DNA of 64,000 bases from Phoronis australis (GCA_002633005.1 NMRA01000055.1:1163736-1227735); one strand, 5' to 3'; positions 27,001 through 40,424 are shown, numbered from the stretch's first letter. Made by a program: numbers and translations. The notes: generated by a model not told the origin, from the letters alone.

Positions 27001-28130
27001 TGTGACCAGTCATTGCTTGAATGATCATAGTCGATGACGAGTCATTACAGATTTGATGACCAGTCAATAATTGTTCAATGACCGGTCATTCCTGCTTGCG
27101 CTCAGCAACCATAATGGACAATTCCGTTTATGCTTATTTGTCATAACATGATTATGGATCGTTTTGTCCAATCATTGTAGAGTCTACCTTTTATTATATA
27201 GTTTTTGAAGAATGCAATTTGTCAAGTAGCCCTAGGTGTTGCCCGACTACAAGAAATTTTGCATGTCACTAATTAGAACAACAAAAGGAGTGCACTTTTC
27301 CTCAATGTAGTCGGCTATACAGTGTTTTTCTTGTCTCCCCTGTATTTATTTGTCTACACGACATTATGTATAGTGTGTTTCACTGTTATGAATAGATGCT
27401 GGCTAGTAATCAAGATAAAAGTCCATGACATAACATGTGGTATTTGTTGTAGAACCCTCTATTTGTTCTCGGTTCATCTAGCGTCTACTGTCTGAATCTT
27501 AATCATAGTCGTTCGTCACTGACTGAGTTGCAGATCGGATCATTTCTCGGTCATAGAAAAAAGTGTAAACAAAAACTAATTTAATTATTGAAATGATGCT
27601 ATTTCAATAATAAAACAATTTCTTTGAAAAGGAGTGAAATTTTAATGAACATTATTTTTAATGAACTGATTTTTTTTGTTGGGGCTGGGGAACTTGTAAG
27701 ACACCAAATTTTACTTTTTATCAACTATAGTGAAAAATGCAAATATTTTATGAAGCTGTAAAGTACAGTACACGCCAAAGGAAATCAGTCAAATCCTTTT
27801 CATTCAAGCTGTTCAAACCTTGAGATCCATGTACTCTCAACTGTCATGAAAAGGAAATTTTCTTGTGACAGGGAATTCTGGGTAATTTTGTCTTGAATTT
27901 GCTGATTTTTGCTGTGAACAGAATGTACCTCTTTTGTTGAGGTTGATCATTCTGTGTTTTAGTTCATTGAAATTAATTAAAAATGGAAAATTATTTCCAA
28001 TATCTTAGTGTTTCTGTATGTTTGTTTTGTTCAAGGAAACGGAAAATGAAAATTGAAGTTATTTGAGACACAATTATATGGATTTACGATTTTGTTTCAG
28101 GACCCCGACAATGAAATGCAGTACGGATGA
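18055..28130 (+). CDS. IFT52: Intraflagellar transport protein 52 (IFT-B core, OSM-6 orthologue)
   Basis: Thirteen phase-consistent exons: 18055-18072, 19151-19275, 19496-19583 (VFVLGGPREKFTASE), 20220-20349 (GEGGESRFDTNINFLLEEYG), 21262-21400 (VVRTSYYKYFHPKEALVSNGVLNR), 22224-22347 (LTFLYPFGATLNV), 22689-22775, 23270-23338, 24126-24280, 24549-24636 (PQFETPLPPLQPA), 25404-25512 (VFPPTFRELPPPSLDLFDLDEQFSSEKARLAQITNK), 25918-26063 (DLEYYIRECGDILG...EFKKLNQ), 28101-28130. Total 1308 nt = 435 aa. The first and last exons are the least certain. Confidence 0.95.
18606..18685 (-). ncRNA. Degenerate type I hammerhead-like motif in IFT52 intron 1 (antisense)
   Basis: Minus strand: gtgcttc-CTGATGA-GGCccCTGAAG...TTTCAGtcGCC-GAAA-CAGTatgccGTT-GTC-actggaa. 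The core, stem II, stem III and a GUC triplet are present, but stem I is out of register. Confidence 0.4.
26910..27095. repeat. Degenerate minisatellite (core TGACCAGTCATT, period about 21-22 bp)
   Basis: The core recurs with variants at about 26958, 26981, 27003, 27035, 27057 and 27079. Confidence 0.6.
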
Positions 28131-31100
28131 ATCTAGTTTAAAGGACAAGGGGAATGTTTCTGAGATGTTACTCTCAGTTTGCTGGTCAAAAAACAAGAAC
28201 TTACAATTTAAATTTGTATATACTAGCTTGTAAATATTCGTTTGTAAGTGGCATCGTATATTTATTGTACATAGAATCACATCTTCAGCGACTACCGTCC
28301 AGCCTTTTCCTTTACAATTCGCATTTGTTTTGGAGAAGTTATTCTTTAAAAAATTATATCAACCAGTCACTGCTTTATAACATTTACTGCCTTGTTTTGT
28401 TCATTTTACTTGTTTTCAGCCAAATTGATTTGGTTGTTGAAAACTTTGACGGCAACAATGTCTGAGAACAGTCTCGGTTGGACTTGTAACGTGGTTCGAC
28501 TGTGGCTTCACACTGTACCACACGATTGTTTTTTGTAAGCATTTTGATCAGAGATCTGATTCATGAAAAGTGACTCTTGAATCAGGTTTTTAGCTCCTCA
28601 GCTGTTTTAATCATATATTAATAAAGTATAAAAATAGTTCCAGGTGATCACTACAGTGGGCCCACATGTGCGGCCTGCGCACTTCTGGTACGTGTATCAG
28701 TTTGCCTGCAATTATTTTTTTATTATAATTCTCGGTGATTATATTCTTTTGTTAGAGTAAGAATTAATTATTTTTCAGATAGTTTGGAGCACTAAACTAC
28801 ATTTCTGTCTGAAGTCACTTTTCGTGAAACAGATGTGATTGTGGTCATTTTCTGTTGTCACCAAAGCTATAAATGTTGAATTTTTTGTTGCAATTCTGAG
28901 TTCTTATTGTTCTGTGATTGTATTCAACGTCATTTTCTGTTCTATGCATTTTAGGTGTCAAGAAATAAATTTATTTAATGTACGTGCAAATTGTCCACTT
29001 TACCTTGAAGGGTTTGTTGTAACGTGGTTTGATAGCAGTGTCTCACAATGCATGGAAATCAACACTTGCTAGACAAAGTATTTGGATACAACATGTAATA
29101 AAATGAAAGTTTTTAAACCTTATGTGTAAGACACTGACAGAGCTATGCAACCATTATGTAACTCAGTCAAAGGAAAGTGAAAGGTAATGATCAACTCTTC
29201 GAATTGAATGACTGTCGTACATGCCAGTAATTTTAGTCTATGTCCCTATACCATCAACCTTCACTTATAACTGTAATGGGATGCTTCTCATGTGTAGTAT
29301 GAAATGACCATTTCTTCATCACGAAATAAAGTAATGAGCCATCATGACAGAGTCATTTTAGCTAATTTTGTGGTGATTTCCACTAGCACTCCCAACACCA
29401 TGAATGGAATTCGTTTGTGATCAGCTGTCAACATCGAATTCCTCAGAATTTTGCCTGGCTACCTGTGATGCGGACTGTATATGAAATGCATGAAGGGAAA
29501 ATTTGACATATCCGCTAGCAGACGTGCATTCAATTTTACTCAATTACAAATGAAAAGTATATAAGGATGTACTTAAAACAAGACTGACATCCAGTTTAAG
29601 GCGTGAACATTGTACATGTTCTCAAGGCGTCACGTGCTAGTCATATAATTCAGCTTAGGTGCATGGAAAATTCTTGGTCAAAAATTTCATTTAAAAGAAG
29701 TTATTTTGAATAAGGGCATCTGCCGGGACACGCTAAAACAGAGACACCAAGTGTTGAACACGTAAACTAAACGCAATCAAGATACTGCAGTACCTGAACT
29801 TGCCTTAAAGTTGTGAGCAAACTTTTGTACAAGGCTTTTAATACAACAAGAGCAATGTTAAACTGAGAAATTTTTTTACAATAATACGGATATAACCATT
29901 ATATTTTCTATGTTTCACAAGAACTACATAGAAATAATATCAACAAAACATCTACAAAATAATAATAAGTGTACAAAGACCCAATTTAAAGACCAATTAA
30001 AACAGATGAGGTAAATACTACTATGAATTGATTAAAAATGACCTAGAAATTTTCTAAATTATTTGTGTACATGACAGTAAAATGAAAAGAATAAATAGTG
30101 TTGAGCACATTACATAATGAAAACTTGAAATGTTTAACAATGGAAACACTTAACACTAAGCTCTTTACATGGTGATTTCAGCAGTTTTCCACTCGTTTAC
30201 AGTAACAACACTTGGTAACAATTAACACCTGGTCCAGTATTAACATATCAGCAGCTTTCACTCAACGGTTCATTTGAGCTACAAGTGTACAGCATGAAAA
30301 GATGTAAAATACAATCAATTTTTTACTTGGCTTCAACATATTTATCATAAATGAGAAATTTCATAGCAACAGGTAATAATGTCTGAGTGCTGCAGACTAC
30401 TTGAAACAAATACAAAAGTTAGTATGCTTGGTTTGGAGAAGCTAGGTTCTGAATCTTAGCTTTCAAACAAATTTAACTCGAGAGCTCACAGGCAATATAC
30501 AGTACATATCAAAATGAGAATAGGCTCACAGAAGTCAGTGTGGCTTATTGTACATGCCAATAATTATAATCATGTGAATGCGAGATCATAATTTTTAATA
30601 TGTCATTTCAAAGCCGTTTTGATTCAATTAAGAACAAACCAGTTTGCACGGCACATAAAACAAACACATGCAACACAGAATTAATGCAGAAGACAAATTT
30701 ACGGGTGCATGGATTGGGCTTAGACCCAATGGCTGTTAACAAATACTCAAACTGCCCGACTAGAGAGTGAACTTTGTATACTGCCTGCCACTATAACCAT
30801 GACCATACGAACAAGATTTGACCAGAAAACATGCCATAGAAACACTACAATCAATGTGTCACTCAATGGGGCACTATCCTACTATAGTAATTCTGCCTTT
30901 GAGAAAATGCATCCCTTAAAGGGAAACATAACCCTCAGAGTAAAATCACATAATGATCAGTGACCACAGAGTGGCATCACTTTAATTGTCACACAACAAC
31001 ATTAGGCAGCTGAGAAAACTACAGTGAGTACCGCTGATAAGTGAATGCTGGTCAAATGACCAATATTGGAGTGGCAGCATTACACTAAGCGTGACAAAAT

Positions 31101-31199
31101 AAATGGCAGTTCTCCAACGTCAGTTCACATTTTATTTTAATGCCAGTTTTGAGCGCTTGAAATTTATTTATAATGTCTGTTTCCTAGTAACATAGGGAC

Positions 31200-32684
31200 T
31201 CAGTGGGGTAAGATGAGACAGTGGTTGGACAGTGGTGGTTGCCACTTGGCATCTTTGTAGACCTTGGACTGTTCGAAAGACTTCAGTGTTAATTCATCCG
31301 AGTGAGGACCAGACTTACTCTTCACTTCCAAATACATTCCTGTAAAGAAAGGCTGACTTTTAAACATATCTGATATGTTGCATGCTCATAAATATTCTCT
31401 CAAACACACTGGCCATGAAGACTAATTATAACTAGGCTGGTTAGAAAATTTGACTGAGTCCAGTATTTTTAACACAATATTTGACAGGATTTAAAGGCCT
31501 ATACCATGGGTGGCACAGCACTGAAAAAAGTGGGGGCTATAACCCCCCAGCCCCCCTTTGATTCACCGCCCATAGGTCATGGGCACCGGAGCACTGAAAC
31601 AAATGGGGGAAGCCCCCTATGGCACGCCGTCCATGTATACATGTATCAGTATATTAAGAAGTCCATAAGCAGGGTAGTGACGGATTTGTGATCCTATATT
31701 ATGCTGCCACAGAGCATCTTCTCTAAGTTAAGGCTCGTTGTTCCTTTAAAATGAGAATCAAAGGTGGTTACACCAGAGAGTACACTAGACATTTGAAATG
31801 AGTTGCAGTTGGGCATCAACTTTAATATTGTATCAATTTTCCAATGGTATTTAGTATACAGCTCTGCCCAAAGGCTATAGTTATGACAATACTTTACCCG
31901 AGTTATACTAGAACGGGTTTTTTTACTTGATTAACATGTCAAATTGGAAAAAATTGTTGTATTTTGTTGTAAAATTGATACAGTGAATAAATTTATAATT
32001 ACTTACATCAAAATGTGCAACGTGGTTGGTTTTTGGCTAGATTTATATTTTAAATGTTGACCTTCTTTCAATTCTTTAAATATCATCATCACAAACTAAG
32101 TGGTGGGGTAGTCAAGATTCAATCCGTGGCGGTCATGCTTCCGTCTCCAGCATATCTGTTTTGTGCAGAGGAGGTCATATTTTTATAGGTGCCTCATTTC
32201 CATTTTCTGGTCTGGCGGTCCTGTTTTGTGGTGAGTTGGTCAGATTTGGACAACCGGCGGTCATATTTTGGGTACGGCAGTCATGTTGTTTCTCACCCGA
32301 TAGTACCCATAATGGATAACAATTTTGCGGACGGTTGCAGATCATGGATGTCGTTCATACATAACAGTTAATTGACATTGACATGCAAGGTGAGTGAAAC
32401 AGTTGTTTGTGATCCTTTCTCTTACTCCTACAACTGTTTCAGTTGGCCTGTGTAAGCAAACACTGCTTAAGAAAAGGTTTATGGTCCTACGTGAAAAGAT
32501 ACTTGTTTTATTACACTCTATGGATAACTGAATAGCTGAGCCCTGCATGCCATATTCCACAGAAAGTCTGATGAGCGAAGGCTGTAAATGACTAACCCAA
32601 GTCTTCCCTCGGAGGTATTGAGATACTTCTGAACCAGTCTGGGTCTTCAACACCAAGCATCTCTCGTATATTTTTAGTAATAAC
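31200..32684 (-). other. Duplicate (probably allelic) copy of SAMD15-like exons 3 and 4
   Basis: Exons 32684-32597 and 31339-31200 are intact and nearly identical to 37094-37007 and 35725-35586. This copy has no exons 1-2. Confidence 0.75.
31505..31634. mobile_element. MITE, CATGGGTGGC family, 5-bp TSD (other copies near 35893-36035, 54268-54397, 56165-56310)
   Basis: Termini CATGGGTGGC...CGCCGTCCATG, flanked by TATAC on both sides. The internal AAGTGGGGGCTATA motif is shared by all copies. Confidence 0.7.
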
Positions 32685-32977
32685 CTGGAATATAAACCGG
32701 TCATGTGACATATAAGCAATTACTGGATTAAGGAAAGGTGAGTCTGTAAACGAAACTTCCCCATTACCAAACTGTATGTTCCAATGAATAAGCAACGATA
32801 AATGAAAACTTCATGTGACACACAATCATGTAGTATCCAAGTTTACAAACTTTATCTTTATAAATCTATAGTAAGTTAAAGACCATGGGGTCACGCAACC
32901 ACTGATAAAAAATAGAACAACAATTATCCACTTATTTCACACAAAAACAACTGTTATTTTTTAATTTTTCAAAAGCN

Positions 32978-33562
32978 TAGTTTTGAAGAGAAACTGCTGT
33001 GAAAAAGTCACTCTTGACTTCTGTGCATCACGTACCATACACCTCTTATTTTTGGAGCACTCCCACCCAGGACAACATGAATATGTGCTGCTAGCCTACC
33101 CGGCATCGGGTGAGTTTCCAAAAAGAAACACTTAGTTCGACTCAATAAAGCTGTTATTCAGTGGGGTAACTGGTGGGGATAACATCACCGAACGATGTTG
33201 ATAGAAACTGATTGCTAAAAACTTACCAAGTAATGTTGTGTAGTCTTTGAATGGAACTGCATAGTCATAGAGACATAGAGCTCACACGGGGCTTGAGCAT
33301 TCACGCACTTTTTGTCAGTTAGTTGACCTTGTTGACCGCAATTGTCCACGAATATAGTAACCTTAGGTCTTTTGAGAATTTGTGGCCACCTGTCGAAGAC
33401 TTGCACCAGGGAAATTAGCAGTAATGAGGCTTAGCGCGACGACGTATTTTGATAAAAATTCCATCTTTTACCATTTGTTTACATGCAGACAGCCACGCAT
33501 GCGCAATTTAATCACCACTAGTACAGCAGCGACACCGCGAGGAGAATTCTCCGAATAGCCCC
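32978..33562. mobile_element. Terminal fragment of a DNA transposon (end reads GGGGCTATTCGG on the minus strand), possibly ISL2EU-like
   Basis: Lies between the N and duplicate copy B. It ends ATCACCACTAGTACA...CCGAATAGCCCC|AT, like 55267-55759. The empty site in copy A is GAATTG. Confidence 0.55.
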
Positions 33563-36500
33563 ATTGAATGACTGTCGTACATGCCAGTAATTTTAGTCTA
33601 TGTCCCTATACCATCAACCTTCACTTATAACTGTAATGGGATGCTTCTCATGTGTAGTATGAAATGACCGTTTCTTCATCATGAAATAAAGTAATGAGCC
33701 ATCATGACAGAGTCATTTTAGCTAATCCTGTGGTGATTTCCACTAGCACTCCAACAGCATGAATGGAATTCGTTTGTGATCAGCTGTCAACATCGAATTC
33801 CTCATAATTTTGCCTGGCTACCTGTGATGCGGACCGTATATGAAACGCATGAAGGGAAAATTTGACATATCTGCTAGCAGACGTGCATTCAATTTTACTC
33901 AATTACAAATGAAAAGTAAATAATAAGGATGTATTTAAAACAAGAGTAACATCCAGTTTAAGGCGTGAACATTGTACATGTTCTCAAGGCGCCACGTGCT
34001 AGCCATATAAGTCAGCTTAGGTGCATGGAAAATTCTTGGTCAAAAATTTCATTTGCCGGGACACGCTAAAACAGAGACACCAAGTGTCGAACACATAAAC
34101 TAAACGCAATCAAGATACTGCAGTAGTAGTACCTGAACTTGCCTTAACGTTGTGAGCAAACTTTTGTACAAGGCTTTTAATAAAACAAGAGCAATGTTAA
34201 ACTGAGAAAATTTTTTTACAATAATACGGATATAACCATTATATTTTCTATGTTTCACAAGAACTACATAGAAATAATATCAACAAAACATCTACAAAAT
34301 AATAAAAAGTGTACAAAGACCCAATTTAAAGACCAATTAAAACAGATGAGGTAAATACTACTATGAATTGATTAAAAATGACCTAGAAATTTTCTAAATT
34401 ATTTGTGTACATGACAGTAAAATGAAAAGAATAAATAGTGTTGAGCACATTACATAATGAAAACTTGAAATGTTTAACAATGGAAACACTTAACACTAAG
34501 CTCTTTCACTGAGAAAAGATCACATGGTGATTTCAGCAGTTTTCCACTCGTTTACAGTAACAACACTTGATAACAATTATCACCTGGTCCAGTATTAACA
34601 TATCAGCAGCTTTCACTCAACGGTTAATTTGAGCTACAAGTGTACAGCATGAAAAGATGTAAAATACAATCAATTTTTTACTTGGCTTCAACATATTTAT
34701 CATAAATGAGAAATTTCATAGCAACAGGTAATAATGTCTGAGTGCTGCAGACTACTTGAAACAAATACAAAATTTCGTACGCTTGGTTTGGAGAAGCTAG
34801 GTTCTGAATCTTAGCTTTCAAACAAATTTAACTCGAGAGCTCACAGGCAATATACAGTACATATCAAAATGAGTACAGGCTCACAGAAGTCAGTGTGGCT
34901 TATTGTACATGCCAATAATTATAATCATGTGAATGCGAGATCATAATTTTTAATATGTCATTTCAAAGCCGTTTTGATTCAATTAAGAACAAACCAGTTT
35001 GCACAGCACATAAAACTAACACAGGCAATACAGCATAAATGCAGAAGGCAAATTTACGGGTGCATGGATTGGGCTTAGACCCCTTTGGCTGTTAACAAAT
35101 ACTCAAAGTGTATGACTAGAGACTGAACTTTGTATACTGCCTGCCACTATAACCATGACCATACGAACAAGATTTGACCAGAAAACATGCCATAGAAACA
35201 CTACAATCAATGTGTCACTCAATGGGGCACTATCCTACCATAGTAATTCTGCCTTTGAGAAAATGCATCCCTTAAAGGGAAACATAACCCTCAGAGTAAA
35301 ATCCCATAATGATCAGTGACCACAGTTTGGTATCACTTTAACTGTCACACAATAACATTAGGCAGCTGAGAAAACTACAGTGTGTACCGCTGATAAGTGA
35401 ATGCTGGTCAAATAACCAATATTGGAGTGGCAGCAATACACTACACTTTCACAACTGCTTTCGATAACAAATGTGACAAAATAAATGGCAGTTCTCCAAC
35501 TTCAGTTCACATTTTATTTTAATGCCTAACAGTTTTGAGCGCTTGAAATTTATTTATAATGTCTGTTTCCTAGTAACATAGTGACTCAGTGGGGTAAGAT
35601 GAGACAGTGGTTGGACAGTGGTGGTTGCCACTTGGCATCTTTGTAGACCTTGGACTGTTCGAAAGACTTCAGTGTTAATTCATCCGAGTGGGGACCAGAC
35701 TTACTCTTCACTTCCAAATACATTCCTGTAAAGAAAGGCTGACTTTTAAACATATCTGATATGCTGTATGCTCATAAATATTCTCTCAAACACACTTCCA
35801 TGAAGACTAATTATAACTAGGCTGGTTAGAAAATTTGACTGAGTCCAGCATTTTTAACATTATAATATTTGACAGAATTTAAAGGCCTATACCATGGGTG
35901 GCGCAGCACTGAAAAAAGTGGGGCTATAACCCCCCAGCCCCCCTTTGATTCACCGCCCATAGGCCATATGGGCACCGGAGCACTGAAAAAAGTGGGGTAC
36001 TATAGCCCCCCAGCCCCCTATGGCACGCCGTCCATGTATACATATATCAGTATATCAAGAAGTCCATAAGCAGGGTAATCACAGATATGTGATCCTATAT
36101 TATGCTGTCACAGAGCATCTTCTCCAGGTTAAGGCACATTGGACCTTTAAAATGGGAATCAAAGGTGGTTACACCAGAGAGTACACTTGACATTTGAAAT
36201 GAGTTGCAGACCGGCATCAACTTTAATATTGTATCAATTCTCCAACGGTATTTAATATACAACTCTGCCCAAAGGCTATAGTTATGACATGATACTTTAC
36301 CCGAGAACCATTCAGTTATACTAAAACGGGTTTTTTACTTGATTAATACGTAAAACTGGAAAAAAAAATTGTTGTATTTTGTTGTAAAACTAATACAATG
36401 AATAAATTTATGATTATTTGGCTCAAAATGTAATGTGGTTGGTTTTTGGTTAGATTTATATTTTAAATGTTGACATTTCAATTCTTTAAATATCATCATC

Positions 36501-37397
36501 ACAATTAAGTGGTGGGGGTAGTCAAGTTTCAATCCCTGGCGGTCATGTTTCCGTCTCCAGCCAATCTGTTTTGTTTTGAGGAGGTCATGTTTTTATCGGT
36601 GCCTCGTTTCCATCTTCTGGTCCGGCGGTCCTGTTTTGTCGTGAGTTGGTCCGATTTGGACAACCGGCGGTCATATTTTGGGTACGGCAGTCATGTTGTT
36701 TCTCACTCGATAGTACCCATAATGGATAACAATTTTGTGGACGGTTGCAGATCAAGGCTGTCGTTCATACATAACAGGTAATTGACATTGACATGCAAGG
36801 TGAGTGAAACAGTTGTTTGTGATCCCTTCTCTTACTCCTACAACTGTTTCAGTTGGCCTGTGTAAGCAAACACTGCTTAAGAAAAGGTTTATGGTCCTAC
36901 GTGAAAAGATACTTGTTTTATTACACTCTATGGATAACTGAATAGCTGAGCCCTGCATGCCATATTCCACAGAAAGTCTGATGAGCGAAGGCTGTAAATG
37001 ACTAACCCAAGTCTTCCCTTGGAGGTATTGAGATACTTCTGAACCAGTCTGGGTCTTCAACACCAAGCATCTCTCGTATACTTTTAGTAATAACCTGGAA
37101 TATAAACCGGTCATGTGACATGTAAGCAATTACTGGATTAAGGAAAGGTCAGTCTGTAAACAAAACTTATTTCCCCATTACCAAACTGAATGTTCCAGTG
37201 AATAAGCAACGATAAATGAAAACTTCGTGTGACACACAATCATGTAGTATCCAAAGTTTACAAACTTTATCTTTAAATCTATAGTAACTTAAAGGCTATG
37301 GGGTCATGCAACCACTGATCAAAAATAGAACGACAATTCTCCACTTATTCCACACAAAAACAATTGGCAAACTGTTATTTTTTAATTTTTCAAAAGC
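33563..37397. repeat. Copy B of the ~3.8-kb duplication
   Basis: Colinear with 29203-32976 and continues into unique sequence after 37397. Confidence 0.9.
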
Positions 37398-40226
37398 TGA
37401 TAACGTTTTGTAAACAATGTGAATTTTAGCAAAATGTTATTTCATGACATCATTGCAAACTAAAATCCATACTTAAGAGTAATAGACTAAAATGTTGGTC
37501 GTCTAACTCTTGTGGAGAAATTTAACACAACGGAATTTCATTTACCGGCTCTGATGTGTTAAAAAAGTGAGGAATAACCATAAGTGACCAGATCCAAATA
37601 GAGATACACTGAACACTGATTTCAAAATTTGCAGTACATCTGAGCAGCTGTTCTCACACGGAGAGTTTTCATAATGACACTCTCTAGAATAATGAAAGCA
37701 GGAAAACGAGTTCCGCTTGATCCTAACTCAGATTTAGTGGACATAAACTCAATTACATTGTGGTTCATTAATAAAAATCAGAGAAATAAATTCCACTGTC
37801 AGTCCATCCCATATTGTTTCATTAGTTTAGTTCACTAATTTATTTCAACAGTTTGACATGGCTGGGATTAAAATTCTACCAATGGCTTGGTCACAGATAC
37901 TTTTTCACATTGAGAAATGTATGAAACACGATGTCCTTGCTCATCCACTGATATTTCAAAAGGCTTGCCTTTTTTCATGGTATTAATACATCCCACCATA
38001 CACATTAGTGGAAGTTTGCCAGGCTGACGATAATAGGAAGGACGTACATGCTCTTGATACCAGTAGGTTGAAACCTTATGTCAGCATTACATGAGATCTA
38101 TAGGTGGCGCTGAATGCATGTCCACCAAAGACCTGGTCGTTGACTGGTGAGATTATATGGCATGGCTATTTCGGAATTTATCTATTACATTAACAAACTT
38201 ATGTTGATGCTTTGAGGCAAATTAAAATGTTGGCAATTGTACCTTTATGTGCTCAAAATCTGTTACGCCGATTTTGGGGAGAGCTGAGGCCTCCATGATT
38301 ATAAGCTTCCTTCCATTCACAAGATTTGAAGCAAAACAGTCCTGTAAGAATAAAGCAACATGTAACAATTAGTTATCCATGAACCAACTTGCTGTACCGT
38401 GTCATTCCAATGGAGTTGCTCAAGGTAAGACCACAAAATGACACAACATGAACTGTCACCCTGAGGGTGCAGATTGATCCCAGAGCACAAAATATTATTT
38501 TTTTCACTAAAGGTGATAGTTAATTTCTTCCGAAGTTTGACCTCAGATTGAAGGTGCAATGGCACAAACTTCATGACAAACATTTATATTGTTATCAACA
38601 GTTCATTGACATTCTTGGTATTTTTGTGTTACCATTCATACATGGAAAGACAGCAAAACAACACTGGACATGCAGCCACAAAGACAGACAAACAGACAGA
38701 CCGACAGAAACACAGGCAGAGGGCAGAGATACTTTGTATCATGGTTATTTTTGTGAGTCAAGTGTCTTTGGAGAGACGTGCTGGAGGATTCAAATTTAAA
38801 GTTAGCACTACCAGTAACTTATACTTGGCCAATTTTGATGATTCAAATCAAATTCTGGATGTTCATTTTCTTAGAAGACTGATACACCCAGCAGAAATAC
38901 AAAAAGATAGAAACAATGTATAAGTATAGCCAGGAAAGGTTATAACTTGAACAACAACACGCAAAGAGGAGTCTCACGCTTAGCAGGATTGCTGCCACTT
39001 TCACAATAAAAACTGCATTTAACTTTGAGGTTGAGAATCTGGCGCCCCTATACGTGCCTCAGCTTGGTTTTCAAGTTCTCGATATTCACCCTATTGTGAC
39101 AGCAGTTTGAGCAAATCCACAAACTACAAATCATCATGCATTTCACATTGATTATCCCGAGCAACATATTGCACTTGTCTAGTTTCAATTAAATGGTACA
39201 AAACAGAAAAAAAATTCTCCATAGGCATTTTTGATGCTAGCCTACACAAAACATAGATCTAGCTGGCAGGCTAAGTCTCATTTAACCTTGATATAAATCC
39301 GTAAATATTGTTTGAGTCTTGAAGTTTGAAGCCAGGGGCTATGATGTCATACCATCTGCAGCACGCAGTGTTAAAAATGGAGAGTTTCTGATTTTGAGAA
39401 CTGAATGAGGGATTGCTTGAAGAACAGTTTGATAGCAGGAGTACGCTTATTTCACCACTCACTGAACGGCTTTTTCCAGGAACAAAGAGAGCGCGGTGCC
39501 CGAGCCAGCCACAGTTGCCATGACAGCATTGTGCGGTGAGAGCGAGATCCTGCTGAATTAAGTGTAATTACCCGACCATAAACAGTTTATGGCATAAACT
39601 GTAGTAAACAACTCTGCCTGCTAGCTATTATCTGTCCACTTCATTAGCTCAGATCTACCTCAATACAAGGGCGTGCTGAATAGGCATCCTAAATGCTGTC
39701 TGGAGCTTAGGGAATCTGAGCTGTGACCAGTGTAAGCGAGAAATTCTCCACATGTTGGAAGGAATTAATTACATCGACAGTCTCCTAAGGTGTCCCTCTA
39801 TGCGCAAAAGGTATTTATAACATGACTTTGATGTTTTAGTAAGTGTGATGCATAATTCATCAAAAAATTCCAGCGTATGAAGGTCCAATAGGAGCTACAC
39901 CATCTCTAGACATCTATAGAGACGGTGGTCACTATCTATCCTCTCGATGTATCAGCAATGGCAAGTCGGAGGCAAACTGTCAGTTACTAGGGCTAGCTAA
40001 TTTAAGCCCTGTTCACAAACAGAACCCATAACACCATTCCTTAACAAGAAGAATGCATCTCTCAAATCACCTTATAATACGGGAATCCTAACTCCTCTAT
40101 CCAATTGGCCACTTCGTCCACTGTCCAGAAAATGCAACTAGACACGCGATCGTCCTTAAAATCACCGTGTACATTGGTGCTTGACCTGCTGAGACTAAGT
40201 TTAGAATCGTTACTTGATTTCGACAT
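35586..40226 (-). CDS. SAMD15: Sterile alpha motif domain protein, SAMD15-like (about 160 aa)
   Basis: Four phase-consistent exons: 40226-40071 (MSKSS...CIFWTVDEVANWIEELGFPYYK), 38341-38243 (DCFASNLVNGRKLIIMEASALPKIGVTDFEHIK), 37094-37007 (VITKSIREMLGVEDPDWFRSISIPPREDL), 35725-35586 (GMYLEVKSKSGPHSDELT...stop). It has the SAM motif plus the RSIS.P.R..LG.YLE.KS..G tail I associate with SAMD15. Confidence 0.85.
38683..38712. repeat. Imperfect (ACAG)n microsatellite
   Basis: GACAGACAAACAGACAGACCGACAGAAACA. Confidence 0.6.
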
Positions 40227-40234
40227 ATTTAGGG

Positions 40235-40424
40235 GTTGTCACAGCAACAAATTTCAATCTGCCAACAGTTAAAGATCGGAGAGAAAACCGAAAACAAGTA
40301 ATAATCCCCTTGCAACAGGTGATTGCTACTGGGCAGCCATATTGAAACAAGTTGATTCCTTGGCAACTTCACGTTGGGCGGAAGTGCGTCATGGTAATTT
40401 GCGGGACTTCCCCAAGGGATTTCC
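40235..40424. promoter_or_regulatory. Divergent promoter with X-box, IRF-like, ETS and two NF-kB motifs
   Basis: X-box GTTGTCACAGCAAC (40235-40248) and GATTCCTTGGCAAC (40354-40367); IRF-like GAAAACCGAAAAC (40283-40295); ETS CGGAAGTG (about 40379-40386); kB sites GGGACTTCCC (40403-40412) and GGGATTTCC (40416-40424). All lie between two divergent start codons. Confidence 0.6.

Larger units (their letters stand above)
29203..32976. repeat. Copy A of a ~3.8-kb near-identical tandem duplication (probably the alternative haplotype)
   Basis: Colinear with 33563-37397, with scattered SNPs and small indels. It ends exactly at the N at 32977. Confidence 0.9.

Noticed and set aside
32096-32368. Segment with repeated GGCGGTC motifs in SAMD15 intron 3
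   Set aside because: It looks like transposon subterminal sequence, but I found no TIR pair, TSD or independent copy, so I left it unclassified.
32568-32590. CTGATGAGCGAAGGCTGTAAA as a hammerhead
   Set aside because: No GAAA box and no stem III.
32342-32719. 125-aa minus-strand ORF (and its twin at 36752-37129)
   Set aside because: It overlaps SAMD15 exon 3 in another frame. The SAMD15 frame fits the splice phases and the family motif. The twin exists only because of the duplication.
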